From IMG/VR virus record IMGVR_UViG_3300008255_000127: 64,000 nt of DNA, one strand, 5' to 3'. The position numbers were made by a program, and so were the translations under genes. This DNA comes from an uncultured virus (IMG/VR IMGVR_UViG_3300008255_000127). Its lineage: Duplodnaviria; Heunggongvirae; Uroviricota; Caudoviricetes. The notes under the pieces are model-generated. The model searched no databases. It was not told the origin of the DNA and saw only the letters and a program-made list of their open reading frames with translations. Below, piece after piece: positions 1 to 10,033 of this stretch; within the stretch, counting starts at the first letter, position 1; each line of letters begins with the position of its first letter.

Positions 1-606
1 GCTCCCGCTGTTGATCCCGAGGGCGTCGTCGACGAACTCGCCCATTCCGTTGATCGCGGCCCACACCGGGGCGGTCACGTCGTTGACGGTCAGGTCGTTC
101 TGGAAGACCCGGATCACGACGTCGCCGTTCTCGTTGACGGTCAGGTCGATGCGGAGGTGCAGCCACGTGTTGTTGGCGAAGCTCGCGGTGCTCGAGCGGA
201 GCACGTCGCCGGCCTCGTCGCTCGGGACGCCGTCGGCGAGCCGCCCCTTGCGCAGGATGATCTTGTGGGGGTCGTCGTCCTCGAGGCCGAGCAGGTAGCC
301 GTTGTCGAGGACGCTCGGACCCTGGGCGGCCAGGAAGAGGAACGGCGACCACCCGGTCGGACCACCGCTCGGGCCGCGCTTCACGCACCCCTTCACCGAG
401 GCCCCGAACCCGTTGGGCGCGAAGTTGACGTCGCTGACGAAGAGGCCCGCGGCGCCGGCGCCGGCGGCCAGCGAGTTGAAGCCGTAGATGAAGGAGCCGC
501 CCCCGTTGGGCGCACCACCAGCCACGGCGCCGGCGTCGATCACGCCACGGCGCAGGGTGTTCGCGTCGAGCGCGTCGTTCAGCTCGGTCCAGTCAGCCAG
601 GGCCAT
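1..606 (-). CDS. Virion/baseplate-associated structural protein (runs off window edge)
   Basis: Not in the ORF track. ATG at 606 with a GGAGGAG RBS. Reads MALADWTELNDALDANTLRRGV...WLHLRIDLTVNENGDV..., open to position 1. Lies downstream of the baseplate genes. Confidence 0.6.
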   Translation of the reverse strand, partial: MALADWTELNDALDANTLRRGVIDAGAVAGGAPNGGGSFIYGFNSLAAGAGAAGLFVSDVNFAPNGFGASVKGCVKRGPSGGPTGWSPFLFLAAQGPSVLDNGYLLGLEDDDPHKIILRKGRLADGVPSDEAGDVLRSSTASFANNTWLHLRIDLTVNENGDVVIRVFQNDLTVNDVTAPVWAAINGMGEFVDDALGINSGS

Positions 607-618
607 CGTCGTCTCCTC

Positions 619-1155
619 CTACAGCGTGGCCAGCGCGGGCCACGACGGGTCCTCGAAGGACTCAGCGGCCGGCGTCGTCGGGTCGCCGAAGACCTTGATC
701 AGAGCGCCAGCCTCGGTGTCGAAGTTGCGCCCGTAGGTCGCGATCGTCCAGTCCTCCGGCCCCGGCGCCCATGCTGCCAGCGGGACGGCGTCGAAGTCCC
801 GCTCGTAGGGCGCGTCGTTGTTCCAGCCGTCCTCGAAGTCCTCATACCCCTCGCCGTCGAAGATCGCCTGCTCGGCGAAGCCATCGGTCAGCTCGCGCTG
901 GTAGAGGTCGTTGTTCCAGCCACCCTCGAAGTCCTCCCAGGGGACGGGCACGAGGTCGAACAGGGCATCTTCCCACAGCAGGGGGTCGTCGAGCAGCAGA
1001 TCCGTCTCGGTCGCCCAGGAGAAGCTCTCGAAGCCGACGGGCGGATCGTTGAAGGCGGCCACCTCCTCGACGGACGTGAATGCCGAGATCGTCCACCCGT
1101 CGGGCACGCCCGGCCGGGCACCGGGGTCTTCGAAGGAGCCGTTCACGATCGGCAT
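619..1155 (-). CDS. Acidic baseplate/tail-associated protein
   Basis: 178 aa. Starts with IVNGSFE and has repeated EDFEGGW/EDFEDGW/ESFE motifs. Coupled to baseplate J. Confidence 0.55.
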   Translation of the reverse strand: MPIVNGSFEDPGARPGVPDGWTISAFTSVEEVAAFNDPPVGFESFSWATETDLLLDDPLLWEDALFDLVPVPWEDFEGGWNNDLYQRELTDGFAEQAIFDGEGYEDFEDGWNNDAPYERDFDAVPLAAWAPGPEDWTIATYGRNFDTEAGALIKVFGDPTTPAAESFEDPSWPALATL

Positions 1156-2633
1156 CAGACCACCTGCCCGGTCGAGGCATCGACCACCGTGACGTCGCCG
1201 AGCGTCGGGAACTCACGGACCAGCAGCGCCTCGTCCTCGGCGCTGCCGTTGAGGGTCAGCCCGGATGCGTTGATCTTCTGCACGCTGGCGAGGTCGCGGA
1301 TCACGTTGAAGACGTCCGACCACGCCACCTCCTGCCCGGGCATGTTGAGCCCGAAGTCCACGGCGGGGTTGGGGGTGCCGTCGCTCAGCGAGACGGCGAA
1401 GTACGCTGCGAGCGCCGCGCGGATCTCTTCGCGCGCGGCGGTCTGCGACACGCCGGCGGCGAAGGTGACCTTCACCCACACGTCGATCGGCCGGTAGATC
1501 GCGGCCAGAACCTCGACGAGGAAGGTGATCGTGTGCGGCCGGGTCACCGTGACCATCTCGAGCACCGCGTCGAGCAGGGTCTGCGTCGGCGCCCCACCGC
1601 CCTCGGGCACGACGTAGATGACCCCGGCGTTCTCATCCACCGCGGCGTCCTCGTTGGAGGTGACCATCGCGGCCCGGGCCACGCCGGCGACGCGCTGCGC
1701 GTTGATCTCGAAGTCCTCCCGGGTCACCGAGCGGTCGGTCGTGCGGATCGAAGCGGGGATCGCGGCGCGCGCGGCCTCGATGCTCTCCCGCGCCGCGCCA
1801 CCGGACGCCGCTGCGGCGTTGCTCGCGGAGAGCTGCACGGCCCGACCCTCGGCGTCGGTGTAGCTCCCCTGCACCACCGCGATCGCCGCTGCCTCGACGT
1901 TGCCCTGGGTCCCCCCCCCGGTCTTGTAGTTGATCGTGACCAGCCCGCTGGGCTTCACGCCTCGGACGCCATCGCCGAACCGGATCATCGCCCGGTCCTG
2001 GGCGTCCACGAAGATCCGGAAGTGCCGGTCGTTCGGCCCGCTCGAGAGGAAGGTGGACACCTCCGTCCACGCGCCGGCCGGGCTGGTGATGGCGGCGGAG
2101 CTGTCGAGGAACGGGGTGCGGTCGAGGAAGATCTCCTCGCCGGCGACGCCGGCCGCGGTGAAGGTCTGGACGTGCCACTCCGACTGCTCGACGTCCACGG
2201 TGACGCTCTGCTGCCCGGCCAGGATGGTCGCCGGCGACAGGAGCTGGAACCGGATCGGGTCGACCACCGCCTTGGTGCGCACGATGGTGCCGGCCGGCAG
2301 GTCGATGTCGGCCAGGGCGACCGAGGCCGCGCTGATCACCACCTCGGCGGTCGCGGCAGTCGCGCCGCTCAGCCGGTAGCCGAAGTGCTGCCCCAGGTCG
2401 ATCATCGACTGCCGGAGCTGGGCGGTCTGCGTGAACCGCTCGCGGGCCTTCCAGTCGAGGTAGGCGCTCAGCCGGTCGCCCACGAACGCCTCCATCTCGA
2501 GCAGCAGCATCGTGAAGGTGGCGCTCTCGGTGTCGGCGTTCGGGAACACCGACAGGAGCAGCTCGATGAGGCGCAGGCGCAGCGAGTCGAAGTCGCGGTC
2601 GGTGTAGTCGGAATCGGGGGTCAGCAGCGCCAC
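1155..2633 (-). CDS. Baseplate J/gp47-like wedge protein
   Basis: 492 aa. Motifs DYTDRDFDSLR, IRFGDGVRG, ASGGAARESIE and RSVTREDFE are typical of baseplate J family proteins. Confidence 0.9.
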   Translation of the reverse strand: MALLTPDSDYTDRDFDSLRLRLIELLLSVFPNADTESATFTMLLLEMEAFVGDRLSAYLDWKARERFTQTAQLRQSMIDLGQHFGYRLSGATAATAEVVISAASVALADIDLPAGTIVRTKAVVDPIRFQLLSPATILAGQQSVTVDVEQSEWHVQTFTAAGVAGEEIFLDRTPFLDSSAAITSPAGAWTEVSTFLSSGPNDRHFRIFVDAQDRAMIRFGDGVRGVKPSGLVTINYKTGGGTQGNVEAAAIAVVQGSYTDAEGRAVQLSASNAAAASGGAARESIEAARAAIPASIRTTDRSVTREDFEINAQRVAGVARAAMVTSNEDAAVDENAGVIYVVPEGGGAPTQTLLDAVLEMVTVTRPHTITFLVEVLAAIYRPIDVWVKVTFAAGVSQTAAREEIRAALAAYFAVSLSDGTPNPAVDFGLNMPGQEVAWSDVFNVIRDLASVQKINASGLTLNGSAEDEALLVREFPTLGDVTVVDASTGQVV

Positions 2634-2653
2634 GTTGGTCCTCCTCCTACAGC

Positions 2654-3019
2654 CTACTCAGCCAGGGCCACGGAGGCGACCCGCTCTTCGCCGTCCTCGA
2701 CGTAGATGACCCGGATCGCGAGCGTGGTGTCCTCCCGGTCGACGGTGACCGAGGTGACGCGAACGGACGGAGCCCAGGCCGCCAGCGCCTCGATCGCCCG
2801 CACCCTGGCCTGCTCGGCGAGCAGGGCGTCGTTGGTGCGGAACCGGAGCCTCGGGATGCCGGCGCCGAACGAGGTGCGCCAAGGCAGCTCCCCCATCGCG
2901 GTCCCGAGCACCTGCTTGATCTTCGAGACCGACAAGAGGGCGCCGGAGCCCACCGCGAAGTCGGTGGCGCCGTCTCGCTGCATGGGGGTCAGGAGCCCGA
3001 TCAGTGCTTCGGCCGGCAT
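2654..3019 (-). CDS. Baseplate wedge protein, gpW/gp25 family
   Basis: 121 aa with GELPWRTSFG and ALAAWAPSVRV motifs. Sits directly upstream of baseplate J. Confidence 0.85.
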   Translation of the reverse strand: MPAEALIGLLTPMQRDGATDFAVGSGALLSVSKIKQVLGTAMGELPWRTSFGAGIPRLRFRTNDALLAEQARVRAIEALAAWAPSVRVTSVTVDREDTTLAIRVIYVEDGEERVASVALAE

Positions 3020-3029
3020 CGCCCCCTCC

Positions 3030-3755
3030 TTATTCCGGCAGCGGGATCAGATCCCGCACGCCCTGCAGCGCCTCGATCAGCGCGTCGATGGGCTCGATGA
3101 TCAGGTCGAGCGGAGCCCCGGCGATCTCCTCGAAGTCGGGGACCTCGACGGGGACCCCGGCGAGGTCCAGCAGGAAGATCACCATCCCGATGAGCCGCCC
3201 GAGGACGATCAGCCCCTTCATCTCGTCGGAGAGCGTGTCGCTCAGCCGGTCGGTCGCGCAGATGGCCAGCGTATTGAGGTAGTCGTCGCCAAGCTCAGCG
3301 GCGCGCGCCAGGGTCCGGCCGATCCGCTCGAGCTGGGCCTGCAGCGCAAGCAGCACCGACCGGAGCTTGAGCAGGATGCCGAGCACGCAGTCGATGAGGT
3401 CCACCGCCATCCTCGGGATGCTGTACTGCGGCAGGAGCGCGAGCAGTTTGTCGATGAGCCGGGCCATCCCGGGGATGCAGTCGATGATCCCGCTCGGGTC
3501 CAGCTCGGTGATCGCGTCGGGGACCGCCTCGAGGCACTTCTTGATGGCGACCAGCGCCTCCATGATCGTGAACAGCGGGGCGAGCGGGGCGAGCGCCGGC
3601 TGCATCATGTCGAGCACGTTGGGCGCGGCCATCTCGAACCCGCCGGGCATCAGGATCGCGCAGATGTCCGGCAGCTCGAACCGAGCGCAGAGGAAGTCGT
3701 CCAGCTCGGGCAGCTCGAAGGGCGGCGCCGGCTCGAAGGGCGGATCGGCTGCCAT
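3030..3755 (-). CDS. Helical hypothetical protein in baseplate cluster
   Basis: Likely start MAADPPFEP, overlapping the upstream stop (TGATG). Codon usage looks coding. Confidence 0.6.
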   Translation of the reverse strand: MAADPPFEPAPPFELPELDDFLCARFELPDICAILMPGGFEMAAPNVLDMMQPALAPLAPLFTIMEALVAIKKCLEAVPDAITELDPSGIIDCIPGMARLIDKLLALLPQYSIPRMAVDLIDCVLGILLKLRSVLLALQAQLERIGRTLARAAELGDDYLNTLAICATDRLSDTLSDEMKGLIVLGRLIGMVIFLLDLAGVPVEVPDFEEIAGAPLDLIIEPIDALIEALQGVRDLIPLPE

Positions 3756-4351
3756 CAGATCGGCTCCTCGAGGCCGACCTTCACCGGCCGGCCCCCGATC
3801 GTGATCATCGGCGCATCCAGATCGATCTCGCCCTCGGCGCGGAGCTGCAGGCTCGTCGTCGCCTGGATGAGGATCGAGTTGCGCTCCTGATCGAGCGTGA
3901 TGTTGTCCCCCGTCTTCTGGTTCGTGATCCGCAGCTTCCGCTGGTCCGGCGTCGCGTCGATCTCGATGCGCCAGCCGGGGACCGCAATCACCCGGTTGTC
4001 CGGCTCGGGGCTGTCGCCCGCGCCGTCGGGGAACGCCTCGGAGGGGACCTCGCTCTGCCCCTCGGGCAGCCCCCAATGGGCCGGCTGGTAGTAGGGCTCG
4101 TCGGGGTCGCCCTGGTTGAACCAGAGCGCCACCTCGGCTCCAACCTCGGGCACGAAGAAGAGGCCCGTGTTGCGGGTCCCGCCGCCGACGGTGAGGGGCT
4201 TCGCCCAGGCGGTGCCCTCGTCGAACCACCCGGGGACCTTCACCCGGATGCGACCCAGCTTGAGGGGGTCGGCGCGGTCGATCACCACCCCCACCAGCAT
4301 CCCGTGGATGCGCGTGTCCCTCGGATCGCTATCGTCGAACGAGCCGCTCAT
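3755..4351 (-). CDS. Baseplate spike, gpV/Gp5 OB-fold protein
   Basis: Motifs DPLKLGRIRVKVP, WA, GLFFVPEVGAEV.L.F.QGDPD.PY, then a beta-helix-like C-terminus. Confidence 0.9.
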   Translation of the reverse strand: MSGSFDDSDPRDTRIHGMLVGVVIDRADPLKLGRIRVKVPGWFDEGTAWAKPLTVGGGTRNTGLFFVPEVGAEVALWFNQGDPDEPYYQPAHWGLPEGQSEVPSEAFPDGAGDSPEPDNRVIAVPGWRIEIDATPDQRKLRITNQKTGDNITLDQERNSILIQATTSLQLRAEGEIDLDAPMITIGGRPVKVGLEEPI

Positions 4352-5628
4352 CGTCCTCCTCGCGGCAGGCTGATGTTGGCCTCCGGGTCCTCGGAGCCGA
4401 CCACCTGACCGCTACGACGGTACTCGATCCGGCTCTCCAGCGTCTCGGGGTCAACCACCTCGTGCGCGGTCACCTCCCCCGGGGCCTTGCCCGGCTGCCG
4501 GTTTCGGTCGCCCTTCTGCTGCTGGGTGGCGGTCTGCTGGGCGAGCTTCCCCTTCGCGTCTCGGATGATCTTGACGTCGCAGTGGTAGCCGCCGGAGCCG
4601 TCGATCTGGTGGCTGGCCTCGCGGACGTAGTAGAGGCCGTCGAACATCGCGGTGAGCCCCTGGACCTCCACGATCGTCTTGGCGCGGATCGTCGGGTCGC
4701 CGAGCACCCGCATCCTGATCTCGACGGTGGCTCGCTCCGCCTTGCGGAACCGGGCCTCCGCCTCCCGGGTCGCCCGCTTCTGAGTCGAGGCCGCCGTCGG
4801 CCGAAGCACGTCGGTGGCGTTGAGCCGCTCGAGCTGGCTCTCGAGCGTCTCGGGGTCGACCACCTCTCGGACCTCGCCGAGCGTGTCCCGGTCGACCGTC
4901 TCGTTGGTCGCCGTCGCCTCGATGTCCTTCTTCGCCAACGGGTCCCGGCCCTTCACCCGGACGCGACCGACCCGCCGGGTCAGGTTGCTCTCGATGTTGA
5001 AGCTCTCGATCGTGCCCTCGTTGCCACCGCGCCACTCGAGCACGTGAGACGGGGCGAGGTCGAAGCGCCGGCGGTGCCAGTGCAGCCCGGTGTCGTCGAT
5101 GAAGAAGACGAAGCCCTCGCGGGCCGCCAGCCGAGTCATGAAGGCGGCGTCGGTCTCGTTGTTCTGCGTGATGACCTCGAACTGCTCCTCGGTCTCTTCG
5201 ACCTCGACGTAGGCCCCTCGGTAGCCGTGCTCCTCAGCGATCTGGTTGACCACCTGGGCGCGGCTCATCCCGAGGAACTCCCGGCTCATCGTCTCGCGGT
5301 CGAGCTGGACCGACTCGGCCAGGGCCTCGACGTTGAGGGTCTCGCCCCCGGTGATCTTCTTGACGAGCAGCTTCCGCGGCAGCGCGAAGCTCCCGGGGTA
5401 CCCCCAGGAGACCTCGAGCATGGTGCCGCCGAGCACGTCGTCGCCAACCTCGAAGAGCGCGAGGTCCCGGTTGTCGAGGGTGAGCGTCGCCCGGTCTGCC
5501 TTCAGGTCGTTGTCCTGAAAGGAGAAGGACAGCACGCGGTCGCTGAGCAGCTCGGACGCGCGGCTGACGATCTGGCCGTCGCCGTCGAGCACGGCGATGG
5601 TGATCCCGGGGCGAGAGCGATCAGCCAT
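4348..5628 (-). CDS. Baseplate hub, phage late control D-like protein
   Basis: 426 aa. Motifs ADRATLTLDN, QNNETDAAFMTRLAAREGF and GDPTIRA...FDGLYYVREASH. Confidence 0.88.
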   Translation of the reverse strand: MADRSRPGITIAVLDGDGQIVSRASELLSDRVLSFSFQDNDLKADRATLTLDNRDLALFEVGDDVLGGTMLEVSWGYPGSFALPRKLLVKKITGGETLNVEALAESVQLDRETMSREFLGMSRAQVVNQIAEEHGYRGAYVEVEETEEQFEVITQNNETDAAFMTRLAAREGFVFFIDDTGLHWHRRRFDLAPSHVLEWRGGNEGTIESFNIESNLTRRVGRVRVKGRDPLAKKDIEATATNETVDRDTLGEVREVVDPETLESQLERLNATDVLRPTAASTQKRATREAEARFRKAERATVEIRMRVLGDPTIRAKTIVEVQGLTAMFDGLYYVREASHQIDGSGGYHCDVKIIRDAKGKLAQQTATQQQKGDRNRQPGKAPGEVTAHEVVDPETLESRIEYRRSGQVVGSEDPEANISLPRGGR

Positions 5629-5959
5629 GCTCCCTCCGCCGGCGCTCGCCGAGGATCACGGTGGTGAGCACGCGGGTCGACGGGATGATCACCCGGGTCC
5701 CGGGCTGGATCTGCAGCGTCGGATCGACCACCGGGCTCGGCTGGAAGTCGGCGATCGCCCACCAGAAGCCAGAGGCCCTGGGGAGCCCGGCGAAGTACTC
5801 GCCGGCGAGGCTGTCCCACGTGTCGCCGGCCTTCGCGATGCGGACACGGTTGTCGGCGAGGTCGCGGTATCGGAACGGCACCCGCTCGGAGAGGAAGGTC
5901 CCGCCGGGCTCGACGATGCCGGACGTGAAGATGTAGCGCGAGCTGGAGCCGGGCGGCAT
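5621..5959 (-). CDS. LysM-like / tail X baseplate protein
   Basis: Motif GDTWDSLAGEYF...WWAIADF...IQPGTRVIIP. Start M at 5959 overlaps the upstream stop. Confidence 0.8.
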   Translation of the reverse strand: MPPGSSSRYIFTSGIVEPGGTFLSERVPFRYRDLADNRVRIAKAGDTWDSLAGEYFAGLPRASGFWWAIADFQPSPVVDPTLQIQPGTRVIIPSTRVLTTVILGERRRREHG

Positions 5960-6441
5960 CAGTGGACCCCCCTTCGGTAGAGGCCGGCGGTCCGACGAGT
6001 CGGCACCCACTCCTCGACGGAGACGGTCGCGGTGTAGCCGGTCACGCCGCCCTCGTCGCCGAACCGCTCGTGGGTCACCGAGAGGTTGGTGATCACCCCG
6101 GTGAAGGTGATCACCCCGGGCCAGACGAAGGTGATCCGGGCCGGGCCGCCGGCGCCATCCTCTTCGACCGTCGCGGCCATGAGGAAGTGCCGGAGCTGCA
6201 TGATGTCCTCGTCCTCGCCGGCGAAGTGCTGGTCGACGTTGAAGGCGATGCTGGGCAGCTTGCGGTTGCCGGTGTTGACGTACTGCAGCGGCTGGTGGGT
6301 CAGCCCGATGATCTGGCCACGGCTGTAGCCGACCTCGACCTGCTCGGTCAGCGCGTCGGGGCGGATCGGGACCTCGAACAGCTCGTCCGTCTCGAGGTTG
6401 AGCAGCGTGATCTTCGGCCCCTTGATGGTGTCGGCGCGCAT
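5959..6441 (-). CDS. Tail tube initiator (gpU / CIS tube-like)
   Basis: 160 aa with LQYVNTGNR and P.RITFVWP...GVITNLSV motifs. Located directly after the tape measure gene. Confidence 0.75.
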   Translation of the reverse strand: MRADTIKGPKITLLNLETDELFEVPIRPDALTEQVEVGYSRGQIIGLTHQPLQYVNTGNRKLPSIAFNVDQHFAGEDEDIMQLRHFLMAATVEEDGAGGPARITFVWPGVITFTGVITNLSVTHERFGDEGGVTGYTATVSVEEWVPTRRTAGLYRRGVH

Positions 6442-6451
6442 CGATCCCCCC

Positions 6452-8917
6452 TCAGTAGACCGGGATGGGCGAGAAGCCCCGGTCCGCGGCGCCCTGGGCG
6501 GAGCGCTGGTTGGCCTCTGCGATCTTCTCGCCGTCGATCGAGACGACGATCGCCTTCTTCTGCGCCTCGGCGACGACCCTCATCAGCTCGACCTGCTTCT
6601 GCATGAGATCGCGGAGCCCGGCCCCCTGGACCTCGGCCTCGGCCGCACGGATCTTCTCCTGCTCGGCCGCCGGCAGCGCCGAGACGAACGAGCTGAACTG
6701 CTGGGCGTTGCGAGCGCGGTCGGCCTCCTCCTGCGTGGTGTCCAGGGCGGCGAACCGATCCATGCCCTCGGTCCGCAGCCAGCTCGGGATCTTCCGGGCC
6801 ATCTCGATCATCGAGTCGCGGAGCTTGAGCAGCCCGCTCATGATCTTCTGGCGCACCCGGTCGAAGAACTCGACCACCGGGCGGAAGAACCCCTTGATCG
6901 CCTCGACCGCGCCGGAGAAGGCGAGCTTCACGCTCTGCACCGTCTCGAATGCCCAATCGCCGATCGCCTCCCCCAGCGAGGTGAGGCTCCGGTACATCCA
7001 CTTGAAGCCCTGGGAGAGCTCCTTGAGCCCCCAGGCGATGGCGCCGAAGAACCGGACGAAGACCTCGAAGACGAACGCGACCACCCTGGCGATCGATCCG
7101 AAGACCGCCCCCACCACCGCGCCGAAGGTGTGGAAGTTGTCGGAGCTGGTCGTGGCGAAGCTGCGGAGGCCGTTCTGCGCAGGGCCAGCGATCTCGTCGA
7201 CGAGCCCGGAGATCTCGTCGACGAGGAACTTGAAGGCGCTGGAGATGCCATCGATCGCCGGCCCGAGTGTCTCGTTGAAGGCGCCGGCGAGGCCCTCGAC
7301 GAACCTCTTGAGCCGGTAGAAGATGCCGAAGATCGACTTCGCGAAGCCCTTGACTCCGGCGTTCTCGACCTTGTTCAGCTCCTCGAGCACCGCGCCCGAG
7401 AAGGCGCCGTCTCGGATGAGCTGGCTGACCGCCTCCCAGGCGAGCTTGGTGCGCTTCCACATGCGCTGGAAGGCGTCGCCGATCCCTCCCAGGTTGTCCT
7501 GGATCGCCCAGCGCAGCGCGAGCACCGCACCGACCACGAGCCCGATCACGAGGATCACGGGCCACGCGGCGGCGAGCAGCGCCATGAAGGCGGCGATGGC
7601 TGCCTTGACCGCGACCACCACGAAGCCGAACACCATCTTGAGGACCATCCCGCCGGCGACGGCGGCTAGGATGCCGGCGACCGCCACGAAGAGGCCGGCG
7701 GCGAACCGCTTGATCGGACCCGGGATGGCGCGGATCAGCTTGATCAGCCCGTTGATGATGGTGACGAGCCCGGAGACGATCGGCTTGAGGACCTGGGCCA
7801 GCGGCTGCCCGATGGTGATGGCGAGCGTCTGCATCGACCCCTTGAGCAGCGTCTTCTGCCCCTCGAAGTTGTTGAGCAGCTTGTCGCGGAACTCGCCGGC
7901 GGCCCCGCCCGCGTTGGCCATCGACTTCCGCAGGAAGTCCACCGCGGCGGCGCCCTGAAGCAGTTCGCCCTTGGCGTTGCGGACGCCCTTGGCGAGCTGC
8001 CCGGCGATCGCGTTCTGGGCGGTCAGGCCGAAGCGACCGAACAGCTCGGTCATCTTCGCCACGCGCTTGGTGTCGGTCAGCCCGGCGAGCGCCGCATCGG
8101 TCTCGAGGACGATGTCCATGAAGGGGCGGAACTTGCCGTTCGCGTCGGCGACGTTGACGCCCACCTGCTTGAACTTGTCGGCGTTCTTGGCCATGAACAG
8201 CAGCGCGCTCGAGACGCTGCTCGCGGCCACGGAGGCGTCGACGCCGGTGTTCTTCACGAGGCCGACGGCCGGCAGCATCTCGTCGATGCTCTGCTTCGCG
8301 GCGCCGGCGCCGCGGGCCACGGTGCCCAGGGCCAGCGAGAGGTCCTTGGCCTGCAGGGCGGTGACGTTCGAGATCCGCAGGAGCTTGTCGGTGGTGATGC
8401 CCGCCTGATCCACCTCGAGGCCGAAGATCTTGAGCGCGGCGGCGGTCGATGCCGTCGCCTCCGCGACGCTGATCTGCCCGCCGGCGGCGAGGTCCAGCGA
8501 GGGGATCAGCGCGGCCATCGACTCCTGGGCGTTGTACCCCTGGGCTGCGAGGTTGCCGAGCCCCTCGGCCGCCTCCTTCGGGCTGAACTGCGTGGCGAGG
8601 CCGGCGTCGAGCGCGGCTGTCTCCAGCAGCCCGAGGTCGGCGGCAGACGCACGGCTGATCGCACCGACCTTGGCGATCTCCTGATCGAACTTCCCAGCCG
8701 GGTTGGCGATGGCGAAGGCGGCGCCCAGGGCGGCGGCGCCCACGACGAAGGCGCCGAAGGCGACCTTCAGCTTGCCCAGGTTGGCCTTGATGGAGGCGGT
8801 GCCAGCGGAGACCCGCTGGTCCAGGGCGCCGAAGCTGCTCGACACGCGACCGAACTTCGCGCTCGCCGCGTCGCGCGCGGTGAAGATGAAGCCCAGCCCC
8901 ATGTTGTTGAGCGCCAT
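6452..8917 (-). CDS. Tape measure protein (TP901-family core)
   Basis: 821 aa, Ala/Gly-rich and helical. Contains TQFSPKEAAEGL.NLAAQG, hydrophobic segments and W/F periodic repeats. Confidence 0.93.
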   Translation of the reverse strand: MALNNMGLGFIFTARDAASAKFGRVSSSFGALDQRVSAGTASIKANLGKLKVAFGAFVVGAAALGAAFAIANPAGKFDQEIAKVGAISRASAADLGLLETAALDAGLATQFSPKEAAEGLGNLAAQGYNAQESMAALIPSLDLAAGGQISVAEATASTAAALKIFGLEVDQAGITTDKLLRISNVTALQAKDLSLALGTVARGAGAAKQSIDEMLPAVGLVKNTGVDASVAASSVSSALLFMAKNADKFKQVGVNVADANGKFRPFMDIVLETDAALAGLTDTKRVAKMTELFGRFGLTAQNAIAGQLAKGVRNAKGELLQGAAAVDFLRKSMANAGGAAGEFRDKLLNNFEGQKTLLKGSMQTLAITIGQPLAQVLKPIVSGLVTIINGLIKLIRAIPGPIKRFAAGLFVAVAGILAAVAGGMVLKMVFGFVVVAVKAAIAAFMALLAAAWPVILVIGLVVGAVLALRWAIQDNLGGIGDAFQRMWKRTKLAWEAVSQLIRDGAFSGAVLEELNKVENAGVKGFAKSIFGIFYRLKRFVEGLAGAFNETLGPAIDGISSAFKFLVDEISGLVDEIAGPAQNGLRSFATTSSDNFHTFGAVVGAVFGSIARVVAFVFEVFVRFFGAIAWGLKELSQGFKWMYRSLTSLGEAIGDWAFETVQSVKLAFSGAVEAIKGFFRPVVEFFDRVRQKIMSGLLKLRDSMIEMARKIPSWLRTEGMDRFAALDTTQEEADRARNAQQFSSFVSALPAAEQEKIRAAEAEVQGAGLRDLMQKQVELMRVVAEAQKKAIVVSIDGEKIAEANQRSAQGAADRGFSPIPVY

Positions 8918-8959
8918 GCGCGACCTCCGGGTCGGTTCGAGCCGACCCCCATCCTACCG

Positions 8960-9301
8960 CTACCGGCCGGACTTCGCTGCGGCCTTGATCGCCTTCGCCT
9001 CCTCGTGGCGCCTCCGGTCCACCGCCTCGTAGAGCCAGTTGGCGTCGGCGGCGTCCAGCTCGAGCACGTCCTGCCAGGAAAGCCCGAGGCCGGAGCCACC
9101 ATGCGCTGTCCAGCATAGCTCGAAGGCGCGGTTGCGCCAGCTCTCGATGTCCAGGCCGACGAAGACACCGCCGTCGATCTCGGCGGTGTTGAGGGCTCCG
9201 GCCAGGGCGTAGAGGTCGACCCGGTGCTCGCCGAGGAAGCCAGCTACCGGCCCTGCGTCGACCGACGCTTCTTCGGCAGCCAGAACCCCTCGTCGAAAGG
9301 G
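8960..9301 (-). CDS. Tail assembly chaperone, frameshifted (G-T type) C-terminal extension
   Basis: The -1 frame is open from slippery C CCT TTC (9301-9295) to the stop at 8960 (…GLSWQDVLELDAADANWLYEAV…). Located just before the tape measure gene. Confidence 0.75.
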   Translation of the reverse strand, partial: PFRRGVLAAEEASVDAGPVAGFLGEHRVDLYALAGALNTAEIDGGVFVGLDIESWRNRAFELCWTAHGGSGLGLSWQDVLELDAADANWLYEAVDRRRHEEAKAIKAAAKSGR

Positions 9302-9993
9302 ATGTCCAGTTCCTGCTCGGCCCCGCAGTCCTGGCACTCCACCCCAATCGTGGTCTCGACGCCGCAGTCGCGCCGCTCCATCTCCTCGATGATCGCGAGT
9401 ACGTCGGCCATGCCGAGGTCCTCGATCCAGGGCATCCGGTCCTTCGGCTTGAGCGGCTCGCCGTCGACCACCACGTCCACGATCCGGGTCATGAGGGCGC
9501 CGGAGATCGGGGCGTCCTTGAACCGGCGGGCGTTCTGCGCCATCGCCTGTTCGTCGGCGCCGACGGCCACCTTGAAGACGACCACCCCGCCTGCCACCTC
9601 GAACTCGAAGCGGTTGGTCGTGATGAAGACCTCGAGGTCGGCCGGGTCGAGCACGCGGCGAGGCAGGTCCTCGAGGATGTGGACCCGCCAGTCGTTGCGC
9701 TCGCGGCAGGCGTCGCAGTGCCAGCGGAAGTCGTAGTGCGGGCCGTAGGTCGCCGCGCGGATCGCGAGCGCGGCGGCGAAGCGGTCGCCCTGGCAGACCT
9801 TCGGCCACGGCAGCGAGCCGTCGGCGTTGAGGGTGTAGGGGCCGGCGTCCACGACGCCTTCGGTGCAGTCCTCCACGAGCTTCCCGATCGTACCACCGCG
9901 CTTCGCGAGGCGACGATCGGAGAAGATGCGCTGCTCGCGCACCTTCATGCCGCGGAGGTCCAAGACCAGACCAGTGGGGAGCGTGGTCTGCAT
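9244..9993 (-). CDS. Tail assembly chaperone / baseplate hub assembly protein with two CxxC pairs
   Basis: 249 aa with CDAC and CQDC. Located between tube and tape measure. Ends IPFDEGFW. Confidence 0.75.
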   Translation of the reverse strand: MQTTLPTGLVLDLRGMKVREQRIFSDRRLAKRGGTIGKLVEDCTEGVVDAGPYTLNADGSLPWPKVCQGDRFAAALAIRAATYGPHYDFRWHCDACRERNDWRVHILEDLPRRVLDPADLEVFITTNRFEFEVAGGVVVFKVAVGADEQAMAQNARRFKDAPISGALMTRIVDVVVDGEPLKPKDRMPWIEDLGMADVLAIIEEMERRDCGVETTIGVECQDCGAEQELDIPFDEGFWLPKKRRSTQGR

Positions 9994-10033
9994 GGGTCCT
10001 CCTGGGTGTGCGGCGCCGGGCCGGCGCCTTGGA

